Shown: positions 14,366 to 27,087, counted from the first letter of the whole stretch. The stretch is DNA of 54,022 bases, filler included, from Porpidia crustulata (GCA_964255105.1; 4 parts of 4 records of this genome joined end to end with filler, not necessarily neighbours in it), one strand, 5' to 3'. Numbers and translations are program-made. Notes: generated by a model from the letters alone, not told the origin.

Positions 14366-16026
14366 TCAGAGAATTAGCGTAGCCCTTGCACTTCGGTTCC
14401 ACCGTTTCCTCCTCGCACTCTTACCGCTTTCACCCGCGTTGTTCTTCTCCGCATCCATCACGCTCTTGTGGCTCTCGCTCATCTCGGTGCGCAGCGTCTG
14501 AACCTGCTTTCTGAGAAGGCGCCAAAGCTGGTTGTCCTCCAGCTCCTTATCACCCGCAGAGGCTTCGGCTCGCTTGTCATCGGGCTGAGACGGTTCCTCG
14601 GCGGCCTTGACGCCAGCTCTTTCGGCACGCTGAGTGGCAACGAGGACAAGAAGGGCGGCAATGAAGGCTTCTTTCAGGTAAGCAAAGGAGAAGCTGTCGG
14701 TTATGGAGGCGATGGCGTGAGAAAGCGAAGGTGGGAAGGAAATGGATTTGTTCTTGGAGAGTTTCAAGGCCCAGTAGTCGCAGTACTGGGCGCGCTCTAT
14801 GGCTGTAGGAAGGTTGAAGTGATATTTTCGGTCGAAGCGGCCGGGGCGCTTGGAGATGCCTGCGTCGAGTCTCTCCAAGTGATTGGTGCTCCCGATCATT
14901 AGGATACCGTCGTTATTTTCCAGCCCGTCTACCTCGTTCAAGAAAAAGGACCTGACTTTATCTGTGATGAGACTATCGAGATCTTCGAAAACGAGGAGAC
15001 AAGGGGTGGTGTCTCGTGCTTTGACGAAGATCTCACGAATGGCGTACTCAGGGCCATGACAGCCGGCAAGAGATTTTACGTAGAGCGTGGGAATGGGGTC
15101 CGGGCGTGAGTATAGGGAATGCATGAGAGCTTTGAGCGAGATAGTCTTGCCATTTCCAGGGAGACCTTTATCTGTTCAATGCTCCGACTACACGTCGAAA
15201 TGACCATAAAGGCTTACCGTGGAAGATAATGCCTCTCTAGGCAGGATAATTAGCCTATGAAACATGTCGAAGTCTTATTCAAAGAAGCTGTCAAGTCGTG
15301 GTAGAGAATCGTGTTGAGATCAAGGTTCAGAAAATCCAAAGTACGTACCTTCCAAGGCACTGCAAACTCCTTATACTCTTTTTCACAATCGAAAAACCCC
15401 TCAACATCTTTCATCAACGCCTCCTTCATTTCACTTTCGAGAATAACGTCATCCCAAGAAGAATGGTGGATACTTTTCCACAAGTCTTTGTTCTTCGTCC
15501 ATTGCAGCTGATCAAATACGAATACCTCATCGTGTAGCTTGCTGCCATAGTCCGAAGCTGCAGCAATCAACTCATCCGCGGGTTTACATCTCCCGTCAAC
15601 AGTGTCCTGATCTGCCCGTCTGTGAAGGATGCACGTCATTTGCGTCGGTCGGAAGTTTTCAGAATATTCTACGACATAGAGTATGAAGTCTTTGTCTTTC
15701 CAATCGTAGTCGTATCTCGCCATCTTGATATTGTCTACCATTGTACCAGGGTTCCCGGTAGACCGGCCCTTGGCGGGCTCATGTAGACGAAAGATTGTCC
15801 CTTTACTTACGTCGAGCTTAGCTGTAGCATGGCCTGCCTGGGCATATTGAATTATATCTCTCGAAGACCCTGTAGTTGTCAACGTGTAGTCAAGGTAATG
15901 ATTGCGAAGCGATCGAATCACAACGTCTGGGGTTGACACTCGAGCGTGAGCGGAATGCTCCTCAAAGTCTTCGAAAACATTGTTTTGTGCGGTTCTCATG
16001 TCTTCAAATTCATGTGCGTCACCCAT
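14366..16026 (-). CDS. Fungal single-domain AAA+ ATPase, paralog 2 (exons 16026-15349, 15236-15218, 15165-14366)
   Basis: Spliced VPWKRGIIFHGLPGNGKT, LVFEDLDS, STNHLERLDAGISKRPGRFDRKY; colinear with paralog 1 (MHSLY.RP.PIPTLYV.SL, VRS.FLNEVDGL..NDGILM.GSTNHL). Extreme 3' end may contain another intron. Confidence 0.92.
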
Positions 16027-16527
16027 CCTGCGATAGTGGTCTAGTTGTAGAGAAAGGTGGTTGTAGTAAGAGATGTAAGACGAAGGGAATGTTCATACAG
16101 AAGAGCCAAGGATGACAATTTCAGGTTGAGAGAAACACGATATCCTATCCAGTCTTATACACTGCACCACTGCCTCAATGTAAGGCAACAACGCAACTCC
16201 TGCATATCGTTGCCTTGTCTTCGGGCGCCTCATCCTACGGATACCCGCACGGTCGAGGGAAACCTAAGGTTCGTCATACGAAGAACGATAAAGACCACTT
16301 TCTCCGTAGATACCTGTATGATACATGCATACCCATCGCCCAATGATTTCTGGAAGAGTATGTGATAGAGAATGGGATGAAAGATATGGCGTGGCTAACA
16401 TTTCCGTATGCGGATTTGGAAAGCTCGGGCCACTTTCCTTTAGCCGCTAAACATGCTTGAAACCGGCCAGCAGTATTCTTGGGTTTTGCCTCAAAGACGT
16501 TGATGATCGTCACCCAACTCTTCCACC

Positions 16528-17346
16528 ATGTCCGATCAAGACGTTGCTAGGCTACACGCCGATGCAGAGCGAGATCTGACCCGACTATGGCGCGCATGGC
16601 GAACTGTGAACGAAATGTGCAAAGACAGGGTAACTGCGCCCTGGCCCCCAGCATAGCCACTTTTACAGCAGACTGATCCGACTCCTCCAGGGCTATGAGC
16701 TGTCCGATGCCGAAGTCGGTATCTCTCTCAATGACTTTCGCGCTCAGTACGCCGACGGCTCTGGGGCCCCTGAGTATTTTCTACCTCAACTTCAGACCCA
16801 ACCACTAGTTTACTAATCCTCGCCTTAAGCCGCAAGAAAATGACCTTCTCCGCCCGACCCTCCGCCGCCATGCTTGAGAAACACGCCCCGCCCTCCAATG
16901 CCCCTGCTGGTACTCCCCCAATCGGCACTATCTGGATCGAATTTAGCAACGAGCCCTCCATAGGCATAAAGCAGATGCGCACCTTCGCCCAGCACATCTC
17001 GCAGCACAACTTCCATACCGGCATCCTTGTTACCCAAGCCTCCATTACGCCCGCTGCTCTGAAGATCGTACCAGTTGTACTGCCGTCCATCATCGAGACG
17101 TTCCAAGAGCAGGATCTACTAGTGAATATCACGCATCACGAGCTTGTGCCGAAGCATGTGTTACTAAGTGCTGAGGAGAAGAGGCGATTGCTGGAGAGGT
17201 ATCGATTGAAGGAGAGTCAATTACCGAGGATTCAAACAGGGGACCCGGTGGCGAAGTACTTGGGGTTAAGAAGGGGGCAGGTGGTCAAGATTATTCGGAA
17301 GAGTGAGACGGCCGGCAGATATGCGAGTTACCGGTGGGCGATATAG
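16528..17346 (+). CDS. RPB5: RNA polymerase I/II/III shared subunit RPABC1 (exons 16528-16629, 16691-16773, 16830-17346)
   Basis: [18 protein letters not shown] at the N-terminus; [50 protein letters not shown] at the C-terminus. Confidence 0.97.
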
Positions 17347-17529
17347 ATCGTAGGTCTATGACTTGAATCAATTGCATTGAGGGCCGGCGCTTTGGTCTAG
17401 GATGGAGATTTAAAAGAAAACTGTAAGGTAGCGTGGAGTTCAGGCTCATGTAATTTTACCGTCCTAATATTTGAGAATATTAAGATCGATACTAAAGCTT
17501 CGCCTTCTCCTTAACCTGATCCTAAATAT

Positions 17530-18200
17530 CCTGCTTCTCCACCCTTTGAAATAGTCCCGAAACACCTAATTCAAAATCTCCCCACGTGCACTCTTTGGGA
17601 CCTGCTCTACAAATCCGATCTTCGTAACCTGCTTATGCCTCGTCGACATCTCCCGCGCGTAGCCAATCAGCTCATTCTCCACCTCCTTCCCTCCCTGCAA
17701 CCCTTCCTTCACTACCACATACGCCTTCGGCCTCGCGCCGTAACACTCATCCTTCGAAACCAGAACGGCGAGATCCCAGCGGGTGTGATATCGGTGTCTA
17801 TGACTTAGGTTATTTCGTTGATATGGTCAGTGATGGTGAGGAAGCCCTCGCTGTCAAGGAAGCCTTGGTCGCCTGGGCGTAGCCAGCATTCGAAGTCGAA
17901 GACTTTGGATGTAGCTTTGGCGTTTGCTGAGGGAGCCCATGAAAATCTGGGGATCTTTAGAACGGACTTTAGGTGCAACGTTGTTAAGATCTGGAACAAT
18001 GTTGTGTTGGCAATTGACACCTGGCCAAATTCGTTGAACTCATTAATCCTCCACCGAGGTAAATAATCTTGACCTCGATGCCTGTGACAGCTCTACCACC
18101 TGTGCGGGGACACTTGGAGTTGTACCTGCCAGATGGAGGAGACGCAAATCACAGGATAGGTTCTCATCTCTCCAGGCTCGCAGTCGATGTTTCGATCTGG
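17530..18200 (-). pseudogene. Degenerate AMP-dependent acyl-CoA ligase (4-coumarate-CoA ligase-like), C-terminal half
   Basis: Ordered fragments across frames: GIEVKII, PQIFMG, NAKATSKVFD..WLRPGDQGFLDSEGFLTITDHINEIT*, GARPKAYVVVK, VENELIGY, FVEQVPKSARGEILN*VFRD; these match ANL-family motifs TGD, DRxKE, GExPxA, PKSxSGKILR with stops and frameshifts. Boundaries approximate. Confidence 0.8.
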
Positions 18201-18525
18201 AGGGGTATAGTGTTAGTCTGTGTACGCTCTTAGATCAGAATTGACGTCCTCTTTTTCGACCGTGTGGCCTTGACTTGCTCTTTCTTTCTGACACACATAA
18301 CCTTTGACTGGTTGATCCTGGGGAAGGTCAATTTAAGCGAGCTCGGTGTTCCGAACTTCGGTTCAAATTTCCGTCCACTTATGTTAGTCTCTAATCTCGT
18401 GAGTGGAAAGGTCTCAAGAGTTTTATATTTCATGGGCTTGCTGTACTGCGATTCATCCCACACTTAATCCAAATATTGGATTACGAAGAGATTGCATTAT
18501 CTTCCTGTCATGCCTAGAGACCAAG

Positions 18526-19527
18526 ATGCCTCGCACAGAGCCTCTTCGGGTTACTCTCATTGGCGCAGGGACTATTGGTCTTTCCTGGGCAACTTTGCAT
18601 CTTCAGCACGCATCCTATGCTTGCCCACTGGAATTGACCATACATGATCCAAGGCCTCACCTCGAAGCTTATGTTCATAATTTTCTACCTTCATACCTGC
18701 AGGGTACATCCTCAGCGCTTCCAGGCTCCCAATCTGTCAAGACATCTAAGAACAATCCAGACGCCAAAGGTATTCTTGATCAACTCATCATAGACGGTAC
18801 CCTCCGACTCGTCCCGAATCTCCAAAACGCCGTCTCAAACGCCGACATTGTTCAAGAACAAGGTCCCGAGAACCTCGAATTTAAAACCGAATTATGGCCC
18901 CAAATAGAGAAGCATTGCCCCTCTGATTGTCTCCTCTGGTCATCCACTTCTGGCATCCCCGCTTCTGTCCAATCTGTACACATGAAAGTCCCTTCCCGCC
19001 TCCTTGTTGTCCATCCCTATAACCCGCCTCACATCATGCCCTTGCTTGAAATCGTCCCTTCACCGATGACTAAACCAGAAATTATTGCTCGCACCGTGCA
19101 ATTCTGGAAGGACATTGGCAGAGAACCCGTTGTGCTCAAGAAAGAAGTGACAGGCTTCGTTGCCAATCGTCTTGCTTTCGCACTACTACGTGAAGCTGTT
19201 CATCTCGTACACTCCGGCGTAGCTTCAGCCGCAGATATAGATACGATAGTGCAGAATAGTATGGGCCCTCGCTGGGCGGTGGCTGGCCCATTCAAAAGCT
19301 ATCACGCAGGTGGTGGGGAGGGAGGACTTGAAGGCTTCTTTAAGAATGTTGGAGGCACAATTCAGGACTGCTGGGAAGATGGCGGAAAAGTCAATGTAGG
19401 AGATGGATGGGAAGAAGACGTGTTTCGACAGACGAAGGACACCTATGGGACCGTTGATACGATAGAAAGAGATAGACTGACGGAGAAGGTCTTGGACGCT
19501 GCAAGGCTCAAAACCGAGGGCGCCTGA
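18526..19527 (+). CDS. 3-hydroxyacyl-CoA dehydrogenase family (lambda-crystallin / L-carnitine dehydrogenase-like), intronless
   Basis: First ATG in the ORF at 18526; VTLIGAGTIGLSW (Rossmann), VQEQGPENLEFK, SSTSG, HPYNPPHIMPLLE, GFVANRL, MGPRWAVAGPF. Confidence 0.92.
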   Translation: MPRTEPLRVTLIGAGTIGLSWATLHLQHASYACPLELTIHDPRPHLEAYVHNFLPSYLQGTSSALPGSQSVKTSKNNPDAKGILDQLIIDGTLRLVPNLQNAVSNADIVQEQGPENLEFKTELWPQIEKHCPSDCLLWSSTSGIPASVQSVHMKVPSRLLVVHPYNPPHIMPLLEIVPSPMTKPEIIARTVQFWKDIGREPVVLKKEVTGFVANRLAFALLREAVHLVHSGVASAADIDTIVQNSMGPRWAVAGPFKSYHAGGGEGGLEGFFKNVGGTIQDCWEDGGKVNVGDGWEEDVFRQTKDTYGTVDTIERDRLTEKVLDAARLKTEGA

Positions 19528-22155
19528 TGATCCGTTGGTGACGATACTTTAATAACAAGCCTATACCGACGTCAAGACGAAAATCCTGGAATGTCAAGGC
19601 ACTGCTCCAGGCGCTCCTGCCGACCCTTTGGCCTAGAAAGAGATCGTTTTCAATACTCGCTCCATTGGGGCCCAGTCTCGTCCAAGCGGGCGCACGGGAA
19701 AGAAATATGAGAATCTATGAAGAACTCCACACGAGCGGGATTCGAGTCGTTTCAAGAACAATTCATCGATTTCAGCCACCGATCATAGCCCAAAAAAGGA
19801 ACACTAAAGCATCCATAGTTCTGCGACTTATGACATACTACGTACATAGTACACAAGGAATAAACAATGAGACCAAACCAACCATGACTTTCCAATGCCA
19901 CGTGCATTAGTGTCCCAACCCTGTGTTGGCGTTTGGGGGTCGATTGGTTTCCACCCCTAGATAACTTCCTAATAACAACATCAAATGTCAATGCCATCAA
20001 TTCCATACCTGGTCCGCTAACACCCTGAACTTTCTTTACTTCTATTGCGTCTGAGCTAAACCACTTCACGGGTGTGAGTACTGGCTTATGTACCTAAGAG
20101 AAGATGAGGCTAGCGCGGTTACGCGCGTTAAAAGCTTCACGGCAGGCTTAATACGCTGTCACGCTGTGTGGCTGTCATCACTCACTAAAAGTTTCACCTC
20201 CGCCTCTCACCATACACCATTCTACTACTAAATCCCACATACAACAGCAGTAAGCTAGATCATCTCATTAGTGTTGAATATGCACGCGCTACATATCTAC
20301 TCTTGAATGCTAATAATAATTAGAGCACAGTGTCTTCGGAACTACTCCCACACCTCCAGAAGCAGCGACTGGCCGTGAAGTTCTGACTTGGATTGTACAA
20401 CAAATCGCTGTTTTTTGACAATGAACGTGGTCAAAGCAGAGCGACAAGGACGTTGCCCACGGATGCCTTCAAAGTTGAAGCCACTCGAAGAAGCTTAGAA
20501 CATCTCACCCTTGATGATTTTAAAGAAGCCTTGAGATCGAACGTCGGAGCTCACGTTTTCGGATGTGTCAAATTTGGAGAAGAAAAGGCAATGAAAGTAA
20601 GTTTCGCTCCCGTGGGGAGAAAGTTAGGAGCGGAAGATTCTGGAGGAGCAAGAGACGGAATATCGGTTCTACAGGGAGGGAGATTGATACCCGGCACTCG
20701 CGAGGAGCAAAATCGGCTTCAATGCGAACGTTGTGTCTCCAGGAGGGATTAATCAAGCTGTCCTGAAACGCCCGTAGCTGCTGCTTCTACCCCCGCAACA
20801 GCGTTCAAGGCAATATCAATCTTTTAAATCTGACTAGATGCAAGACTCTCGTCGTAATAGATCCTCCTGCACCTTGCACAAAATCCGTTTGCTCAACACC
20901 CGATCAACACCTCCCACATCCCATCATTGAGCCAGCTGCTTGATGAAGATGAAGTATCGCCTTACCCTTTCACTGAATCTTTCCATGAGGCCAAACATGA
21001 CCCTTTCCATGTTCCTCACACCTTGGGTTCAAGAGGGCAGTATATCTGCTCGACATCCAAAGTATCGATCAACAATTGAGACTATCAGGCTTCCTCAAGC
21101 CCACCACCTGGACTCACGGATTTTCTGCAACGGCCAACAACATGATGCACAAAAGCCGCCGCTAGGAATGAAGTCAACGTCGTGGAAGAATGGACAATAT
21201 CATAGTCTTAATCAATGAAGAGAAGTCACACTTGGTCACCATTGAAGATGAGGTAGAAATCCATATCAAACTCGATCCTCATCAAAATTTACAACTACAT
21301 CAGTAGAATACATTATCTGAACGCTACAAAGTCAAGTAATGATAGACGCAATGATCGAAACTGATCGAGACACTGTTAGACTAAGTCGACTCATCGAAAA
21401 ATCTTCTTAAATCAATCATTAAATCTGATTGATATTGGTGAGGATCGAGTTTTGCGGTATGGATTTTTCTGCTCCCCGCGCGAGCAGGCAAAGGGTACGG
21501 TCCAGCGCAGATTGACATTAGCCGCGTATACCGATGAGATAGATGAGTTGTATACGCTGATGCCGAGAGTTTCTTGAGTGGACGGTTGCCTCCCCGTCCA
21601 TAAATTCGAGACAAGCTCACTGGAATCTCTGATATTACGCCTTGTCCAAAGATTTGCTCTTCAGCGGATAGAGGTAGACGATGATTTCTGTTCTCGCGGA
21701 GACACAGACTCGCCGCAAGTGCTACAGTTGGTCAGACGACTAGGGTTTCATGGATATTCCTCGAGAGACAAATATAAGACATTATCATCAAGTATAGTGT
21801 ATAAGAATCCTACAGCCTCGAGCTTAGCAGTGGTGATTCAAAACTTGAATGCAGGGTCACAAAAGCGTACGGATCAGGTTTGGAGGTAGATCTTGGCCGA
21901 GAGCAAATCTCGACTATCAAAACGGGGAGTATACTGTGCTGGCCAGCAGCGGTTGATTGAAGACGGCCCTAGGGGAAAGCCGAGATACACTTATTCTAGG
22001 TATGTCTTTGGTGGGATTGGTATGTGAGGCAGGGTTCTCAGTTGGCGCTAGATGGCCTCCATTTTATTTATCAAATCGACCATGCGCTAGGTCGGCGAAC
22101 CATTATCAGCTATGCATCAAGCAGAGCGATGAAATGGATGAACCCGTAGAACCTT

Positions 22156-22577
22156 CTATTGCAATTGGAGGGTTCTCGGGGCAGTTGAGTCTGGAACTGC
22201 CGTATCCTTCACGTACATAACGTTTTCTTCAACAGTTTTCACGTCTCTACACTCCTTGATCCTGTCGACTGTAGAACTCGTAGTTTCGATCCGCCAGAAC
22301 AGGCGAATTTGGGATGTATCCGTGTATGAGAAAATCCGGTCTACTTTGAGAAGATCTTTCAAGAAGTTTTTGATCGCAGTGCTGGCGACATTGTCTCCAC
22401 CGTCCTTGGGGTACACCAGGTATTCTTTTGTTTTGTCGGAACGCTCCCCGCTACTTTGGACTCGTTTTGACTCCTGGCTATTAATTGCCTGGCTGTGCCA
22501 TGGGGTAGAGCATTAGCAGGTGTACGAAATGCGGTGAGTGAGCCGATGGTAATTGATAGATAGTTGAGAGCACGCAT
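22156..22577 (-). pseudogene. Frameshifted small secreted protein resembling a subtilisin (S8) propeptide-like domain
   Basis: Signal-like MRALNYLSITIGSLTAFRTPANALP in one frame; after one shift near 22500, KR site and EYLVYPKDG..AIKNFLKDLL..IFSY..LFWRIETT..VDRIKECRDVKTVEEN. No catalytic domain seen downstream. Confidence 0.5.
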
Positions 22578-24028
22578 GATAAGTGACGTGGATTTATATC
22601 TCCTCACAACCGATGAGGAATAAAAGATGTGGGCATCGCAAAAATCTTGAGAGAATAGGTTGCAATCAGAGGAATTTGGGCTGTCTTTATCTATTTCAAA
22701 TCCTCTTTAACATTGAGCCAAGTCAGCTGACCGAGATTGTAAGTGACCTTGCCAAAGATCAACAGTTCCTAGTGAAGCAGAGAAGATGCTACCGAAAGTG
22801 ACTTAAATTCTACGCCCGCTTCATGCTAACATGGGCTATATATGATATCCAAAGGAAATAACAGTGAAGAGTAAGACTCTCTCTTACAGAATTCAAAGCT
22901 GAAAAGCGATACATTGCAAGATGATCATAGTACAATAAGAGTATGTCTCGAGCTGGCAAACAGATCCGGAAAGAATTAGACACAGCAACAACGACGGCTC
23001 TATGAACATACCTAGACTCCTCCTCCGCTTCCTGTTTTCCTGCGCTTTGGGTCAAGTACCTTTGAGGGAGCTGCTTGTCACCTGTGACGTCCTGTTGGAT
23101 CTTCCGCGAAGATATCTCGGCCATTACAGCGGTGTTGTGGCACCGGTGTTTGGGTCTAGAGACAGAAGGATTTCAGGGCAACGGCTAGTGGCGACTGGAT
23201 AGCAAGGTCACCGTTTTTGAAAATCCCTCGACCGTTTTGGCCTGAATGAAAGCAGAGCAGGTCTTTCGACAGGATTTACGTCATATACTACAGCTCTTCT
23301 CAAGCTTGGGCTAATTAGCTTGGATGAGGAAAAATTGGTCCTCGTGCCCTGCCTCGTTGCGAAGCCACTTGACTTAGACGGCAATAGGACTTCGAAATAA
23401 AAATCACTGCCATAAAAAGCAGCCACACTTAAAATTGATTTTATAAATATTTTCCGCCGAGACCTTACCCCACCGCCACCAATCCATGTCCATGCCCTCA
23501 CTAACCGTTCGACACTATCGCCCACCCTCCTTTACCTCCAAACCCATCATTCCAACATCCCAGCTCACAGGTCCTCACCCCCACACATCCATCACCCCAA
23601 GAAACCCCCCAACTTTTATCCCTGCACCTCCTTCCCGCGCTTACCTCCAACCCAACCAATCACCCCCATAGGCCAAAGCCTCCGTGCCCAAACCCTGCGT
23701 CTACCCGCCCTCGATATTCAAGTAGCTGACAAGGGGATCAATTGCGATGGGGGACCACGGAGGAGCACTGTAGGACGGTGCAGGCCACCACAGGTCAAGG
23801 GATGAAATGGCGCCATCAGTATCAGCTGGGGCTGCCATTCTTATCAGACCTCAATGACACACCAATTGGCCAATATATATGCCATTATATGCAGCCTTAT
23901 ATGGTTGCTCGAATGAGGGGTAATAGGTCCATCAATTGTCTCAATCAATTGATGTGTCTTATTAAGCAGTACGACATCAACATTTCTTTGCGATAAATAT
24001 TTGGATTACTTGTTGCTATAAAGCCGCG

Positions 24029-25738
24029 ATGTTTGAGACTATTATTCTTCGCGAGCGCAGCGTCGTACTCGCAACCGCTGTTCTTATCGTTTCCGTCCTC
24101 TACCTCGCCGGTCTTGTGATTTACCGGCTGTATTTAAGCCCGATTGCGAAGTTTCCAGGACCAAAACTGGCTGCGGCGACGTACTTATTTGAAGGGTACT
24201 ACGACGTTGTGAAAAGGGGCAAATACACATTCAAGATCAGAGACCTGCATGCTGAATATGGTCAGTGTGCCACCAACTTTTCCTTTCAAAGTATATATTA
24301 AAGCTATGTTGCTTATCCTAAATTTCCAGGACCGATCATTCGAATCAGCCCTACTGAGCTCCATATCAACGATCCCGACTATTACGACAGCCTCTATAAC
24401 CGGGAAGGTAAGTGGGAGAAGAACCCCTTCTATGTGGACTCATTCGGGAATACCGGCTCTGGGTTCGGCACCGTTGACCACGATCTCCATCGCATGCGGC
24501 GAGCCGCCATCAACCCCTTCTTCTCCAAGCTGAAAGTGGCCGCCCTACAGCCCATCATACAACAGCTGGCCGACAAGCTTTGCACCAAAATAGAAAATTG
24601 CAGAGGCACCGACGAGGTGGTCCCGCTAGAGTGCGCCTTCGATGCATTCACCATGGATGTCATCACCGAGTACTCTCTTGATACGAGCTTCGGCTATCTT
24701 GATAATCCTGGGTGGAGTAGCGACTTCCGCGAGTTGGAGCGAGCGTTCGGAGAGACGGGCTACTGGCAGAAGATGTTCCCGCCCTTGATTGACATCATGA
24801 ACAGCCTGCCTGATAGATTGGTTCTTTGGATGAACCCAAGGTCGAAGTTGTTGATGGATTTCTTCAGAACCTGCCACGCGATTGCCGAGAGAATGTTGAG
24901 CGAGACCGACGGCAAGAAGTACGAGGAAAAGATACACCCGACCATCTTCCATGAGATAATTCACTCCGATCTACCGCCGCCGGAAAAAACGCCGAAACGT
25001 TTGTCAGGAGAGGCAGCGGCCATCCTTGGTGCTGGAGCAGTCACCACAGCGTGGACGCTCACCGTGGCCATGTACCACCTTACAGTGCAGCCGGAGAAAA
25101 TGAGAAGGCTTCAAGCCGAGATTAGATCAATAATGCCGGATCCCCACCAACCCGCAAATCTACAGCAGCTCGAACAGCTCCCGTATCTCACGGCCGTGAT
25201 CAAGGAAAGTCTACGACTTGGTAACGGCGTATCTACCCGTCTTGCTCGTGTCGCGCCCGACCGTAGTATCTATTTCCGTGACTGGGAGATTCCGAAGGGG
25301 ACGCCGGTAGGCATGACGTCCACACTGATTCACCAAAACCCCGATATCTACCCGCAGCCGTTAGAGTTCATTCCCGAGCGTTGGCTTGATCCAATCAAGG
25401 GGCAGCGCATGGAATCATATCTGGTGCCATTCTCAAAAGGTTCGAGACAGTGTGCTGGCATCAAGTAAGTCCATCCTGAATTCCAATCTCGAGGTCCTCT
25501 GGTCCAAGATCGGATCGCCTTGCGCCCCCATCCTTTCCCCCTTTATTTTACTCCCAGCTCATACTAACGATGCTACAGTCTCGCTTGGGCAGAGTTGTAT
25601 ATTATGATGGCTTCGATCTGCACAAGAGTCACTCTGGAATTGTACGAGACGACTAAGGAGGATGTGGACATCTATAGCGATATGCTGATTGCTGAGCCGA
25701 AGAGGTATGCTAATGGTGTCAGATTTCGGATCACGTGA
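24029..25738 (+). CDS. Cytochrome P450 monooxygenase, trichodiene-oxygenase-like (exons 24029-24260, 24330-25464, 25579-25738)
   Basis: N-terminal TM anchor, [20 protein letters not shown]-helix AGAVTT, ExxR (ESLR), PERW, heme motif [10 protein letters not shown]; canonical introns. Confidence 0.95.
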
Positions 25739-26599
25739 TTCTTCGAATTGCTGTAGAAATATGCGCAATGACAGTGAGCGGCGTTTATCATACGTGGAAG
25801 TAAGATTCATCAGATCCATTCGAGAACGTCAGGCCAGAGTCTCGGATCGTATACGTGATTTGTCAAATCGTGTTATTCTTGAGCGTTATCATGCGTTTCT
25901 GCGAGAATTGTAATCGTTTGCGAACGAACTGTCGGTCCAACACGAACCTTGATCGTTATCTGAAATATGTTCTCTCAAATCGAAATTTGAATAGCTTTTT
26001 CTATGACGTGAAAACAACATGACAGACCGCGATCGCGTTTCCCGCGAAATCCTTAAGAGTAAACGCCAAGGACGACGATTACTCGACTCCGACGGTCGGC
26101 GCTGAGAGACCCCCATCGCTTGGCCTCTGGACTCTAATCGCCAATCAGCCAGACAGCATAGCCCTGAGGGTCACGGGGCATGTTACCTAAACACACGAAC
26201 AAGTTGCTGCTGATATCGAGAAATCGCGGAGAAAGAGCAGAGAAAAATATGTTAAACGATTTACGAATTTGAAACTAACCTCTGTCTGGTTAGAATCGTG
26301 TATAGATAAGCAGAACGAATCTTTCTATTTAAAACTTGCAGGATCAAAAAGCGAGAGTAAGTAGCCAAAGAGAATGAGGTGACCGCAAAGAGTATATTTA
26401 GATGGTAAGGAAAGAGCGAAAGCAAAGTAGAACAAGAATAGCGAGAAAGCAACGAGAAAGCAGCAAGAAACGGAACAAAAGCTCGGCGTTTGAGCAGGAC
26501 GACGAGGCTTGAATCAGCCAGAGATCATGAATCGTTGCGAGATCAAAGAAACTATATATATATATTATAGGGTCACAATAACGATAGACCACTCTACCC

Positions 26600-26636
26600 T
26601 ACCCGTACACCACCCTTTCAATACCCGTACACCACC
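26600..26636. repeat. 15-bp direct repeat TACCCGTACACCACC x2
   Basis: Exact copies at 26600-26614 and 26622-26636. Confidence 0.8.
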
Positions 26637-26987
26637 TTCCCAATCGGGGAAGATGGGGATTATAGAGCAAAAACATTGATTTCAGGCCCATGAAACCCGG
26701 TTTTCAACCAAAATCTCAGGGCATCTCGATGGTTGAATGCGCGCTTTGAATTACAAACATACTGAAATTAAATTTTGAAAACCACCGTTTCAAGCACTGC
26801 TTTACACACTGCATCTACAATTGCAACGTCATCCAGAGGCCTCGCCTAAATCTTAGCCAAAGTAGGCGGCTCAGCAGTAAGGTGCGGCTCTGCGGACACC
26901 TTACATGATTAGGCATGCGCCTTACCCAACCAGGTCTAGGCTTGCCGAACGCCCACGCTGATATTCAGCTCCACCATCCTTTCCTAC

Positions 26988-27087
26988 NNNNNNNNNNNNN
27001 NNNNNNNNNNNNNNNNNNNNNNNNNNNNNNNTTAATTAATTAANNNNNNNNNNNNNNNNNNNNNNNNNNNNNNNNNNNNNNNNNNNN
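26988..27087. other. Artificial assembly spacer N44-TTAATTAATTAA-N44
   Basis: Same 100-nt design as the other gaps. Confidence 0.97.

Noticed and set aside
20393..21218. Possible GRF zinc-finger gene relic
   Set aside because: Only a faint resemblance; the required Cys pattern is not recoverable.
23470..23720. C-rich tract that could be the 3' end of a decayed minus-strand gene (EVKEGGR*CRTVSEGMDMDWWRW)
   Set aside because: Multiple stops and no family I can name.
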